This document shows, piece by piece, positions 1 through 12,679 of a DNA stretch of 64,000 bases. The notes beneath the pieces were generated by a model that worked only from the letters and a program-made list of their open reading frames with translations, was not told the DNA's origin and did no database searches. Each line of letters opens with the position of its first letter. The stretch's first letter is position 1. The position numbers were made by a program, and so were the translations under genes. The stretch comes from Octopus sinensis (Eukaryota), in the NCBI RefSeq assembly GCF_006345805.1, contig NC_042997.1:94488001-94552000 (forward strand). Reading direction: 5' to 3'.

Positions 1-381
1 ACAAAGAACTAGAAAAGACTGAGAAGTACTGACTACTAAAAGAGGAATTTGCAAGAATGTGGACTATGAGGAGAGTGTCTGTCATTCCAGTAATTGTAGA
101 GGCACTCGGAGCATTGACAACCAAGATTTAGAAATACGTAAAAGAAATCCAAATTGTTACTAGAGCAGAGGAAACCCCAAAATCTGCTCTGCTGGGGACA
201 GTTAGGATTTTGAGAATAGTACTTGTATGTTGAATGTCTCCCACGATAATTCACAAGCAAGAACCAATTTTTATAATGTGTGGAACGATACCCTGGCAGC
301 AGGCTGATTTCTGGCAGCAGGCTGTTGTCCACTCTCACAGAATCTACCAGAGCAAACAAGACCGCTCGTTCTGAGAAGTAA

Positions 382-460
<79 letters not shown>
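1..460 (+). mobile_element. 3' end of an R4/Dong-type non-LTR retrotransposon (C-terminus of restriction-like endonuclease, 3' UTR, (TAA)n tail), degenerate
   Basis: Frame from nt 3 reads KELEKTEKY*LLKEEFARMWTMRRVSVIPVIVEALGALTTKI*KYVKEI...KSALLGTVRILRIVLVC* (stop 231-233). This matches the KE.EK..KY..L..E..RMW....V.P...GALG / KSALLGT.RILR pattern of R4/Dong ORF ends. (TAA)n follows at ~382-460. Confidence 0.75.
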
Positions 461-463
<3 letters not shown>

Positions 464-489
464 GCAACAACAACAATAACAACAACAAT

Positions 490-582
490 AATACTTTAGG
501 TACAAGATCTGAAATCATGTGGAAGGTGAAACGATCAAAGGCAAAGTCGCACTCGGAAATGAGAACTCACATCATAAAACCA
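490..582 (-). mobile_element. Degenerate fragment of SINE family B
   Basis: aaaggcaaagtcgcactcggaaatgagaactca resembles aaaggcgaagtcgacctcgacggaattcgaattca at 27721-27755. Confidence 0.4.
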
Positions 583-823
583 GAAGAATCTCTCACCTCT
601 CAGAATTAATCATACATTTCCGTTCACACTTAACGTTCAGCGTACAAACACTGATATGCTCTCATCCATCTACTATGACAAGAGGTATTGTATTAATTTA
701 TCTCCAGTTGAACCTATTCGATACATACACAGTCGGCGATCATGGAATCTACTGAGCAACAGTCAACTGATCAGGCTGCAAATAATCACTTGCATGTACA
801 CTCATATATGTACGCACACACGC

Positions 824-880
<57 letters not shown>

Positions 881-973
881 TACACACAGATGCATATCGA
901 TTTTCTTCTCTTTCTATTTGTATATATACATAGAAGTGTGTGTGTGTGTGTAGGTATACATATTTGCATGTAT

Positions 974-1385
974 ACTCTTTTACTCTTTTACTTATTTCAG
1001 TCATTTGAATGCGGCCATGCTGGAGCACCGCCTTTAGTCGAGCAAATCGACCCCGGGACTTATTCTTTGTAAGCCCAGTACTTATTCTATCGGTCTCTTT
1101 TGCCGAACTGCCAAAGTGACGGGGAGGTAAACACACCAGCATCGGTTGTCAAGCAATGCTAGGGGGACAAACACAGACACACAAACACATACACACACAT
1201 ACATATATATATATATACATATATACGACAGGCTTCTTTCAGTTTCCGTCTACCAAATCCACTCACAAGGCATTGGTTGGCCCGGGTCTATAGCAGAAGA
1301 CACTTGCCCAAGATTCCACGCAGTGGGACTGAACCCGGAACCATGTGGTTGGTTAGCAAGCTACTTACCACACAGCCACTCCTGC
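974..1385 (-). mobile_element. Full-length tRNA-derived SINE, family A (internal CA/TA microsatellite, LINE-like 3' tail)
   Basis: Minus strand starts GCAGGAGTGGCTGTGTGGTAAG (A box) ... GGTTCAGTCCC (B box). It ends GGCGGTGCTCCAGCATGGCCGCATTCAAATGACTGAAATAAG(TAAAAGAG)2. Further copies at 1633, 2845 and 55185. Confidence 0.9.
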
Positions 1386-1391
1386 ATGTAC

Positions 1392-1493
1392 GTCTTTCAG
1401 TCATTGGACTGAGACCATTTTGGGGCAGCTCCTTGAAGAGGTTAGTCGAATAAATCGACAGAAGTACTTATTTTTAACCCGGTATTTATTCTA
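1392..1493 (-). mobile_element. Old 3' fragment of SINE family A
   Basis: tttcagtcattggactgagaccattttggggcagctcc...ttagtcgaataaatcgac is a diverged version of the family A tail. Confidence 0.55.
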
Positions 1494-1557
1494 GCCCCCA
1501 CTCATTCGTTCTTTCTCTTTATTTCTCTGTGTGCGTGTATATATATATATATATATA

Positions 1558-1620
1558 AAATGGCGGTGCCCCAGCATGGCCACAGCTCGTGAGCTGAAAC
1601 TAGATAAAATAAAAATAATA
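1558..1620 (+). mobile_element. Isolated extreme 3' terminus of the CR1-group LINE
   Basis: aaatggcggtgccccagcatggccacagctcgtgagctgaaactaga is nearly identical to 53254-53300 and is flanked by (TA)n on both sides. Confidence 0.85.
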
Positions 1621-1632
1621 TATATATATATG

Positions 1633-1837
1633 TACTTTTACTTGTTTCAGTCATTTGACTGCGGCCATGCTGGACCACCGCCTTTTACTTACACAGGGTT
1701 ATTCTTGGGAAGCCTAGTAATTATTATATCGTTCTTTTTTGCCGAACGGCTAAGTTACGGGGACATCAACACACTAGCATCGGTTGCTAAGCGATGTTGG
1801 GAGAGGGGGACAAACACAGACACACAAACATATTAAC

Positions 1838-1900
<63 letters not shown>

Positions 1901-2055
1901 TACGACGGGCTTCTTTCAGTTTCCGTCTGGCAAATCCATTCACAAGGCTTTGGTCGGCCCGAGGTTAAAGTAGAAGACATTTGCACAAGGTGGAATGCAG
2001 TGTAGGATTGGATCCGAAGCCATGTGTTTGGGAAGGAGCTCCATATTACACGATC
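1633..2055 (-). mobile_element. SINE family A, near full-length, more diverged
   Basis: Colinear with 974-1385, including the internal microsatellite. The head region is decayed. Confidence 0.85.
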
Positions 2056-2844
2056 ATGCTACACGTCCATATCTGTTTCATGTATACAACAGATATTTCC
2101 TGTTGATTTCAATGTTGTGTGAACAAATATACAACATTTATTACATTTAAGACCAAAGTGATCGAGTACGACACAGAAATTCTCAGAGAGAATCAGCGTT
2201 AGACAAATTTGGAGGGCATGTATCATTGAATTAAGTTACAGCACATGTGATAAGTTTTGTGCAATATCCATCAAAACAAATTCTATTTATAGCTCTGTCA
2301 AGACGCCGGTTGGGGATAGCCCACAGAAAGCCTCATGGTTTCGAGGTAGGCTCCTAAATCATAGAACCGTGACTGCTCATATATGTATGTGTATTTATAT
2401 GTATTTGTATATGTATTTATATATATACATATATATATATATACACATACACACATATATGCGCTCGTGTGTGTGTGTGTGGTTGTATATATATTTCCTC
2501 ACACTCATACTCAAATCGCGCACACACATATGGAGGATATAAGTCGTTCTACAATACAGATTCATTCGTTCCTTCACCTGAATCAGTTGATTTTCAATAA
2601 ACTGTGTTTGAGTAATTCAGAGACACTTGTATCTTAAATATAATCCTCTGGCATAATAGTGCGTGAGAACTCCGTACCCTTTGACATAATGTTACTCTCC
2701 ATGACATTCTCTTTTATAAAATTTCCACCTACCCATTTTCTCTTTGTCGATGTGGGTCAACTTTAGTTTAGAGAAAAGCACATTTATCCAAAATTCAGCG
2801 CACGCATGATGAAACACAGGACCGCATAATTGCGAAGAGAATAT

Positions 2845-2990
2845 TTTACTCTTTTCTCTTTTACTTGTTTCAGTCATTTGACTGCGGCCACGCTGGAGCA
2901 CCGACTTTAATCGAGCAACTCGATCCCGGGACTTATTTTTTTTGTAAGCCCAGTACTTATTCTATCGGTCTCTTTTGCCGAACCGCTAAG
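2845..2990 (-). mobile_element. 5'-truncated SINE family A (tail only)
   Basis: ttacttgtttcagtcatttgactgcggccacgctggagcaccga...gccgaaccgctaag matches 989-1115. Confidence 0.85.
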
Positions 2991-3548
2991 AATGTGTATA
3001 AATGAATAACAGAATTCGTTAGAATGAATAACCACACTGAGGACAGGGTGTTTAAGCTATTAGATGATAAGAACATCAACAGACAATTTGTCTTCATACT
3101 CTAGATCAGTCTCAAATTTTAAAGATGAAATATCGCATTGTGTTAATTATTCTCAGAATAAGAAAACACACAGCGAAAATCGTATGCTGAAAACTTATAC
3201 ATTTTGTATTATATTGGTCTGGAGTAATTATATTGTCCATACCTCCTGTGGCAGTCACAGTGAGCCGAAACTTGTTTTGTGAGGGTGACACTCAAATGAT
3301 TCACTAACAATAATTCTTTTTCACTGGAATTGTTAGATTTTCATTTAGAAAATGGAAATACAGTCTTCTCTAACTTATTTGCTGACCGCGAAGTAGTTTT
3401 AATAATTTGCAAGAGATGCTGCTTTATTCAATACCAACCTCTAATTGCCTCTCACTCATCTGTTATTTTAAGTACAAATATATTACAGAACTCGACTACA
3501 GCTACAGTCTATGTTTAAGTATGTATATATGTATAATAAATACATATA

Positions 3549-3670
<122 letters not shown>

Positions 3671-4487
3671 TATATATATATACATGAATATATGTATGTG
3701 TGTACTCATGCACGTATCTTCGATGGAATGAATGAATGTAATGGAATACTCTATGGTACAAATTAATTGTCTGTGTTATTAGAATTCCTTGGAGATTAGT
3801 AGTAATTCCATCGATATTGCAGAATTTTAAAATTAATGAGTAGCAAGAGAGAAAGATGCAATCCTTTATCAACACGGACAGTACTGTGTTTGAAAATCCT
3901 CAATATTGCTTGCTTGATAATAAGATAATGCATATATGAACAATATAAACAAAAAGACCTAGAATTATATTGGAAAATAGTGGTAAAGTTTGTTATATAC
4001 TTTGCTTCACAGAAAGATACGTTAAAGGCTTTTTCCTTTAGGAGAGGATCACAATCATTAACAGTAATTTATTTTGCATTTCTAATGCGTAGAAACGTTC
4101 CTATGTTTCAATACCGCATTGCGGGTTTTCATTTGGTGATGGCGCAAACTTTAGCATGAAATGGATAGAAATATTCATTTTGTCTGGCTTTAGGATGCAT
4201 TTGTTTGATGTTTACACATGGACGTCTCTGTTCCGATGTGATGAGTGCTAGCAAATAGTTTACAGACAGCATATTATTTTAGATCTTTTGTCAGATTGTG
4301 TTCCCACAAATGGATGAAAACTAGTTCAACCAGGTAGGGACAAACTATCCTTTCAGAAAATTTATTTCAATTTCCGAATTGTTAATAGGCAATAGGAATA
4401 ATTTGATTAACCTGAGCTGTATAGTATATTTCCCATCATATCTATTTAATGCTTCTGCTACTTGGTATTGTGTTGGCTTTTGTGGCC

Positions 4488-4489
<2 letters not shown>

Positions 4490-4527
<38 letters not shown>

Positions 4528-4542
4528 TCTCTCTCTCTCTCT

Positions 4543-4573
<31 letters not shown>

Positions 4574-4769
4574 GCTTTTCTCTCTCTCTCTCGCTTTTCT
4601 CTCTCTCTCTCGCTTTTCTCTCTCTCTCTCGCTTTTCTCTCTCTCTCTCGCTTCTTCTCTCTTTTTGCATACGCCAGATGCACACTAACAATATTGATCT
4701 TACTCTGTATTAATAAACACGGCTACACACACACGCACATATACACACACACATATATAGATATATATG

Positions 4770-4810
<41 letters not shown>

Positions 4811-4903
4811 CTGTGTATATGTGTGTATATACATATGTGTGTGTATATATATATATGTATATATATATATATGTATATGTGTGTGTGTATATATATATAT
4901 ATG

Positions 4904-4950
<47 letters not shown>

Positions 4951-5085
4951 TATATACATATATATATATACACACACATATGTATATATACATATATATA
5001 CATATGTATATATATATATATGTATATGTGTGTGTGTATATATATATATGTATGTATATTTATATATATATATATATATATATAT
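4490..5085. repeat. Compound microsatellite: (CT)n with CTCGCTTTT interruptions, then (TA/TG)n
   Basis: Direct inspection. It is the source of many spurious ORFs. Confidence 0.95.
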
Positions 5086-5526
5086 GATAGATTGGCATAG
5101 AAGAAATAGGAAGAAGAGAAAAATAAATATATACGTAGAGAGAAAATCTCTTAGAATAGAGAGACACTAGCGAATGAAGGAAGCAAGCGATGATTGAGAT
5201 CATCTTAAATTTATGTGAACATAATATTTCAGCCAGCCTCATTCGTAAATGCAATTTCCGTCAAGAATCGTCTTTCTAATACATTTTTTAGTCGTTCCAT
5301 ATGTTTATAAAAAGGAGTTTTAACGGAAGAAAATTGAAAATTCATTAATATATTTGTAACCTATTCTATATTTACTCTCAAAGTAATCTTTAGCTTGTTT
5401 GCATCGCGTAAACGTGAGTGGAGAATGTATGTAGTTTATTCATGCTGGGAAACCGTTGCAAACGAGTAAAAGTGGCCAGAATTCTATGATCTGTTTTGCT
5501 GTTATGGGAAATGATATAATTTGCTA

Positions 5527-5723
5527 ATTCTGGCAGAAAGCCTCCATGTTCGGGGGAGGCGTTAAGTCGATTACGTCAATTCCAGTGGTCCTTGTTGTTA
5601 CTTATTTTATCGATTCCAAAAGAATGAAAGGCTAAGTCGACCGCGGCAGAATTTGAATTCAGAATATAAATACCACTAAGTTCTTTGTACGGCGTGCTAA
5701 CGATTCTGCCAGCTCGCTACCTT
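5527..5723 (-). mobile_element. tRNA-derived SINE family B (central block resembles the MetaSINE domain)
   Basis: Minus strand reads AAGGTAGCGAGCTGGCAGAATCGTTAGCACGCC...GAATTCAAATTC...GTCGACTTAGCCTTTCATTC. Related copies at 27285 and 27627. Confidence 0.75.
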
Positions 5724-8470
5724 ATCACCTATTTATAATGAAATGTGTTACCTGCTATAATTTCTCCTTTAATTCACCTACTGGTGAACTACCTTATAGT
5801 TTAAGCTTTCTTTATGATTTAAGCTCTTCTAGATTTTCGCACGATTCGACCACACATATTTGGAAGGATATGTATGTAGGTGACATTTATAAATACTCAC
5901 ATAACATTTCACTTAGGTGGAAACGAGTTATTTCTTCAGGAGCTTTTCGGGAGATTCATTAATGCCTGCTTCGATAGGACTGATAAACAATAAACAAAAA
6001 TAAAAGGTTTAAAACCGTATGCTATTTCTGTGAGGAGAGGAAATGCATAACATTTCTTACGAAATGCAATTAATTTATCGAGGAATGATCAACGCTTTAG
6101 ATGCTATCTCTCATTGCCGCAACATTATATGCAATTCTTACGTACATTATATGCAATTCTTACGTACATTATATTTTCTTTTTCTTTTTGGCAAGTAAGA
6201 ATGCCCATTGTTATTTTAGGAATATTCTATTGTCAATTGAGTTACCACTAATTAACTTAAAGGGCAGATTTTAACTTAGATTCGAACTGGGCGAAATGGA
6301 ATAATGAAAAGCACATAATCAAATCTGTCACTGAAGCATCCATCTATACAATAAAAAAAAAAATAGAAAAGAAACACATTATTTTGATGTTTTACATACA
6401 TTTTAACGTAAAATAGTTATTCCGCGAAACGAAATTGCAATGTCAAAGAAGTTCTATCGCGAGGGATTTTATTCTAAGTGCTACAAACTCAATTACATAA
6501 TAGAATTTGAAATGTCGAAAGCTGCTCGACCGTACATGTCTATCAAAAAGGAATCTGTTGCCCCAGTCAATATCTAAGGATGATAATTCTTGAAATATAA
6601 CACTATAAATAAAAGGAATTAAATAAAATTGATCAATGCTATCCCCTCAAACTTATTTCGGTAGCTTGGATAATTAAATAAAATAATGCGGTAAAGTTCA
6701 AATTGAATAAACAAAATAAAGATGGAATATCAAATGAATGTCAAAATACAATAACGATAAATAAAATAAATTTAACATAAGTAATAGGAAATGCAATAGA
6801 ACAGGCATAAAATGAATATGAAGAAACTAAATTGAATTGATTATCGTTTTAAAATCATCGTGTATTTACTTAGAATGGATTAGAAGATAGGAATAAGTGA
6901 CTAATATCTTCACAAAATTTAATAATTAAACCTTAATTCGATTCAATGAAGTACAACTGATGTTTGAAGTGAATGGTTAATTAAACGCTGTCCCTGAAGT
7001 TAGATGGATACATTATACAGATAATTTGTCATTATTTTGCAATTTCAGATAAGTGACACTGGGTCATTGAAAGTAATTAATTTCTTCAAAGTGTTACGAA
7101 TGTCACCGACTACTCGTTCAGAAACTGTGATTGTTTCAAATATCTCAAATATGTATATAATTGATTTTGCATGGAGGCATATAATCTACTAGGTTGAGGA
7201 AATTACGTTACATGTCTTATTTACTCAACGGCAGAAAGGGTATTATTTAAGTAAAAATTATGTAATACAACAAATAGCCTCCTTCTCTAAGAAGTATATA
7301 TGTATTAACAAAATATCATATATGCAGTATTTTTGTAATTTTCCAGTTTTTATATCTATATGCCTTCTTTACGTCACTCGAAATTTGAGGGGTTTCCGCG
7401 CAAATTATGATGCCGAAAATTTGTACTAGTGTTGGATACGAGGCTCATCAAGGGTGATCGGCAACGTCACAAAGAGTACGAATGGATCCAAAATTAACCA
7501 AGAAAAGCCAGTGCAGCAAGGTTCTGAAGGGAGAACTCCATGCCGTCCCACTGTGACATGATGTACTGGAGAGATGATTGGTAAAATGCGTGGGTTCTTG
7601 TTGGTCTATATTTTCAGGCAGTCAGGAAACAAGCTGCAGTGACAAGGAGGGTATCTGGTCTCAGACAGAAATAGTCAGAGACGATACTATTCCTGAAGGG
7701 TTGGGCAGAAATGGGGAATGACTGCATTACCGCTGCCATCTTGTACTAGCTTACACCTCATTTCATGGGAGAGTCACTTAATTAGTTTTCTATAGAAAGA
7801 ACTCGTTCAAATGGTTACTTGCTTTCAATACCCTCTACGTAGAGAAATGGATATGGGTAGCCAGATGACGCGCAGACATGGTCTGACGTTATGAGATCTT
7901 CGGCGACTCCTTTGTAGTAAGCCGCACTGCCGATTAAAGATAAACTCTATAGATTAGGTAGACAGTTGCTATCACATGTACGACGGATACATCTACCAGG
8001 AGACTCCAATGCGAAAGTAACTTTTATCTGTCTGGAGGCCTTGGTGAAAGTGATTATGTACCGCACAGGACTGAAAGAGCTGAAGACTGACAGTGGCCTT
8101 CTTGCCCAATACCTCATGAAACTTTTAAAGGTTCACTTGAAAAAAGAGACTGGGTGTGGAAAAGGAAGTGCTGCTTTCCAGCAAATTCGTTGAAAAGTGA
8201 ATGAGAATGGCAAGTGAATGAGAGTGAATTGGTTCGCTCTGAATAATGGGGATATTGACCTGAAAGAGGACAGTTGGGAAAAGGATTTTGACTTAGTTGT
8301 CTGGGTGAACGAGCTTATGTATATTTAGGCCGGGAAAGAGATCTTCTTAATGTTTGATTATTTCGTTGTGTTTTGTTATTTTGCTTGTTTATTGGTCCTT
8401 TTTTTCAAAGTCACTATTTATCTCTCTGTTTCTTTCTCCATGTACTTATTAATAATGTGCAGTTACTTAT

Positions 8471-8597
8471 TTCTTCTTCTTCTTCTTCTTCTTCTTCTTC
8501 TTCTTCTTCTTCTTCTTCTTCTTCTTCTTCTTCTTCTTCTTCTTCTTCTTCTTCTTCTTCTTCTTCTTCTTCTTCTTCTTCTTCTTCTTCTTCTTCT
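8471..8597. repeat. Pure (TTC)n tract, about 42 units
   Basis: Direct inspection. Confidence 0.98.
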
Positions 8598-8637
8598 CCT
8601 CTTTCTTCCTCTTTTCTTCTCATCATTATTATTATTA

Positions 8638-9004
8638 TTGAGTGAGAGAGCAGTACATGCCATCCATCAAAGTGACACTGGGGTAAAATATACGAAACCC
8701 AGTATACCCACCATGACTACCCGTATGATAAGGGTACACCAGGCACATGCATCACAGCCATATGTGCGCAACATGGTGATCTCATATCAAGATAAACAGC
8801 ACATAACCTAGCAGGTGGGGCTCAATTAGAATTTTCTGCAGATCGAGTAGCCCATCCCGCTCAAAAGATCCCTGAATAAGGTTTAATGATGTTAAACGAA
8901 ACACCCATGTTTCCAGAGGTGAATTATCCATACCCCAAAGAATTCCTCTCAACACATGGCTATGATGCTCCCCTACTACTTCCGCTCGTGATCGGAGATG
9001 CACA

Positions 9005-9006
<2 letters not shown>
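8638..9006 (-). mobile_element. GC-richer insert bounded on both sides by (ATT)n; probable 3' UTR of a (TAA)n-targeting non-LTR retroelement
   Basis: Sharp compositional boundaries. The minus strand ends ...ctgctctctcactca(ATA)n, and (ATT)n resumes at 9007. There is no coding motif, so the family assignment is inference. Confidence 0.5.
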
Positions 9007-9038
<32 letters not shown>

Positions 9039-9048
9039 GATAAAAATA

Positions 9049-9141
<93 letters not shown>

Positions 9142-9919
9142 TAGATGCCTTGAGAAACACAATAATATTTTTATAAAAAAAAGGAATTAGCTTTGCATTG
9201 AAAAATAAGTATGAATACTTGTAAGGTTATGTGTAAAGATCCAAGGTTTATAATATATTCAACATCACCACATGTGTGCAATAACGTCATTCGCAGTTGC
9301 ATGCTGTATATAATTCTAAACTTTTCTGTGTATACTTAAAGTTAACATGGACATTTCCTCATAGGTATTGGTGTTTATGATTCCAGCTGTGCCAATTATC
9401 GGATAGATATTTTAAACACTTTCTTAACTGACGTAATGTTTTTTATTCAACAGTTATTTCAAAATAATTATTTGGGATTTAAATGCGTTTTTGCTGAGAA
9501 TTATAGTTCTTTGGTATTATTAAGTGAATGACATTATTTTAAAATAGTTTTCAAGCCAAGAGCAAGTGCGATAGCCCTGAATACGTGTTGCCATTTGTTT
9601 AGGTTATATATTTTCTGTTATACTGGAAGTACCCTATATATTCCAACAAGTGTGGAAATATTTATCTAAGAGATTTCAGATTTCTCTACCTTCTTGCATT
9701 TAAAATCTTCCTTGGAACAGTTTCGTGCGTTGGTAACACTGGAAGTACTGTCATGTCGATAAATATCCAGCATTGAATTATGCAGTGAGATGAATTTAGA
9801 TAGTTACTTCTCTCTTACATCAGCTTTATTGCGAAATTTCGTTTGTTGTTCAAGGTGAAATTATAATGTTCATCTGCGGTATGAAATATACAGCTGCATA
9901 CCATCCATAAAGAATTACC

Positions 9920-10110
9920 TGAGCTACCCTCTTTAACGCCACACTCTTCAACGTTTTTAAGAAGTGGATCATGTGTAATACCCTACAGGTCTGAGTGGGC
10001 AGAGTTTGTAGTAGAGGGGTGAACATCTCAATCTGAAATTTTCTGATGACAGCTATGTGCTGATAGAAAGAGTACCTGAGATGTACAGGAAACTACAGTT
10101 AATGAAGCAT
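9920..10110 (+). pseudogene. Degenerate RTE-like reverse transcriptase fragment
   Basis: A TLFNA-like motif near 9925, then GEHLNLKFSDDSYVLIE (cf. G..L.NLRFADD.VL.AE) at ~10018-10068. Confidence 0.4.
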
Positions 10111-10612
10111 TTTAGATAAACGTAATAAATATGAACAACAGAGACGAGAAATACTTCGATGATTTCTACACACTCTGGTTACTACAAAACAAAGAATCTT
10201 ACTGCAGGAATACTGGAAATGTTATAATTGCTGAAAAAAAAGGTACTGCTGCAACACCTCACGTATATAGTACTTGGACTACATCATAAACGAAGATGTA
10301 CGCACGTATGTATGTATGCATGTAGACGTATGGATGCATATATGCATATATATGTGTATATATATATATATATATACACCCATATATAAACACACACACA
10401 CACACACACGCATATATATATATATACATATAATAATAAATATTAGGGAATAAATCCAAATTTACAGGGAAAAAATCAGATTTAGGATTAAATCCAATTT
10501 TATAGTAAAATATTATATAATATTAATTCGAGACAAAACCACCATTTTGCAAATCAAACAAGGAAAGACTTAATCAATACATAAAAAATTTTAATATAAA
10601 GTAAATAAACCG

Positions 10613-10656
10613 CCACTACAATTGTTTCATGTCTTCAAATGACATTCGTCAGGTGG
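10613..10656 (-). ncRNA. Minimal type I hammerhead ribozyme motif
   Basis: CCAC-CUGACGA-AUGUC(auuugaa)GACAU-GAAAC-aauu-GUA^-GUGG: canonical core, perfect 5-bp stem II, palindromic stem III (ACAAUUGU). Confidence 0.88.
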
Positions 10657-10731
10657 ATTTCCGATCTTCTAATCAGTTTTAATTTATGAAGTTTAATTTC
10701 ATAAATTGAAACTGATTAGAAGATCGGAAAT

Positions 10732-10775
10732 CCACCTGACGATTGTCATTTGAAGACATGAAACAATTGTAGTGG
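10732..10775 (+). ncRNA. Minimal type I hammerhead ribozyme motif (mirror copy)
   Basis: CCAC-CUGACGA-UUGUC(auuugaa)GACAU-GAAAC-aauu-GUA^-GUGG. One mismatch at the base of stem II. Predicted cut after 10771. Confidence 0.82.
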
Positions 10776-12679
10776 CGGTTTATTTACTTTATATTAAAAT
10801 TTTTTATGTATTGATTAAGTCTTTCCTTGTTTGATTTGCAAAATAGTGGTTTTGTCTCGAATTAATATTATATATAGACATATATATATATATATTGTTA
10901 GGTAGATGCATACTCACACTCACACACATAAACTCACACTTATATCTATATCTATATATAATCTGTTATCAGGAAGTGTCGTGACGGCACATACTCTAAT
11001 TGTACTACTGAACAGAAATTCTTGCGCAGGATCGTTCACCGGTAGACAATGTACTGAATCATCTAAAAATAGGTGTCATGATACTTCTTTGTTTTCAACT
11101 GTTATGTGGAGTTTGGTCTCATTGCCTTAGAATGGCTTGCGATTTCAAAATGGCCGAAGCATTTAGGAACAAAGCTCTATCATGTTTGTCATAAAAGTCG
11201 GCAAATCTATCATTTCACAGCATGCTTTTAGTGTTTCTCAGTAAACGATACAAGTTCAAGTTTCTTGTGACAATCTTCTAGTAGATACTCTAAATGATGT
11301 GAGAGTGTTGTGATATTGTTCGGTAACTGTCACATTTTTCAGCACTTTCTGGTGTTTTACTAGTGGTTGGTCGTTCTGAAAGATCCTCATCTTGAACTAA
11401 CTCTTAATCAAAATTCGATTGCCTGTTCAAGACACTCAGAAAAGGTGTTCGGCTGTAAGGAAAAACGAATAGAATAGTAGCGGTACATTTCCGTTCTTCT
11501 CCGCAAAGAAACCCAGTTTAAATACTTGTGTCTTTCTGTTGAATATTGTGTTATGAGTAATATCTTTATATACATAAATTACCACAGCATTTATTCCATT
11601 TGAACGATTTCGCTTTTTATAAACTACCACTATTATCAAAATAATATAAAATAAAATAATTTATGTTTTGATTTGCGAATAATCATGTCCACATCTATGA
11701 ACATCTTTTAAAAAGGAGCAAGTAAGACAACTTCTATTGAACTATTAGGCAACTACATATTATTGTGAATAGCTTATATTCTAAGTCCATTAGCCACGAA
11801 TAGTGCGATATTCAGTTCTGAAACTTATACAGCAAGAGATAGAAGGAAGACGGTATAACGAACACCACAAGTATTACGTAAGTGCTACCTGTTGTAATAT
11901 GATGTAAAGAAGAAAATATTCATGTTTTAATTCTATTTTATATTTGCGTTAGTGATCTAACTGATACTGAGTAAATTGAAAATACCAATAACATTACTGA
12001 AGATCCAAGTATTCTTTTGATTGTAATTACCTGACAACATATTACCCAAAGCATGCAGTATAGATAATGAACTTGTGTACTGTACACACAGCTTGTACAA
12101 ATAATTCATTATTTATCTCGTAGTATTTGGTTGTAATTGAATACCGTTATATAAGAATACAGTAATTTACAAAGAAAATTACATTGACTGGAAATCAGTC
12201 ATTGAGACCGCATCAAGTGGAACGTCATTTGAGATATCTGAGAAATGCAAAAGCAAATAATTGGATATATGCAGTTATAAGATTTCTCAAAGTTATCTTA
12301 TTTCTGTTTGACCATGAATTACCTTTTGTTTGGTTCTAGCTAATGTGTTGGTGACTGTGAAAATGACAGATTCTTGGCATACCTGAGCTTCACAGTAAAT
12401 GTAGATTACTTTTAGCAGATCAGATGACACGCATGGTAGAATCAAACGAAAGCCACATGAAAAGACAAGATCATTAACCTTTTACGCCAGTAGAAAACGA
12501 ATTGAAGGAGTTCAATATTTTTTTTTTATATTTCACAATTGTTGAATAAAATCCAGTGCACATGGTCCATTCGCGGTTCGTGGGAAACCGCTGACATTGG
12601 TGCCATTAATATTTTACTTTATCTGCTGCAACTATATACCTACAACAGTTCCATAACCAGGGAAGACTTCCAGAGATCA

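Larger units (their letters stand above)
10436..10874. repeat. Near-perfect palindrome (177-bp arms, 7-nt loop); head-to-head PLE-type terminal repeat with a hammerhead in each arm
   Basis: 10514-10690 is the reverse complement of 10698-10874 with about 3 mismatches. The left side extends ~80 bp further. Both flanks are microsatellite. Confidence 0.92.

Noticed and set aside
7430-8340. Decayed PLE ORF on the minus strand
   Set aside because: Composition is suggestive, but the motifs are too eroded to support a call by eye.
10960-11635. Decayed mariner fragment (minus strand, VQDEDLSERP)
   Set aside because: A single weak motif and no matching TIR pair.
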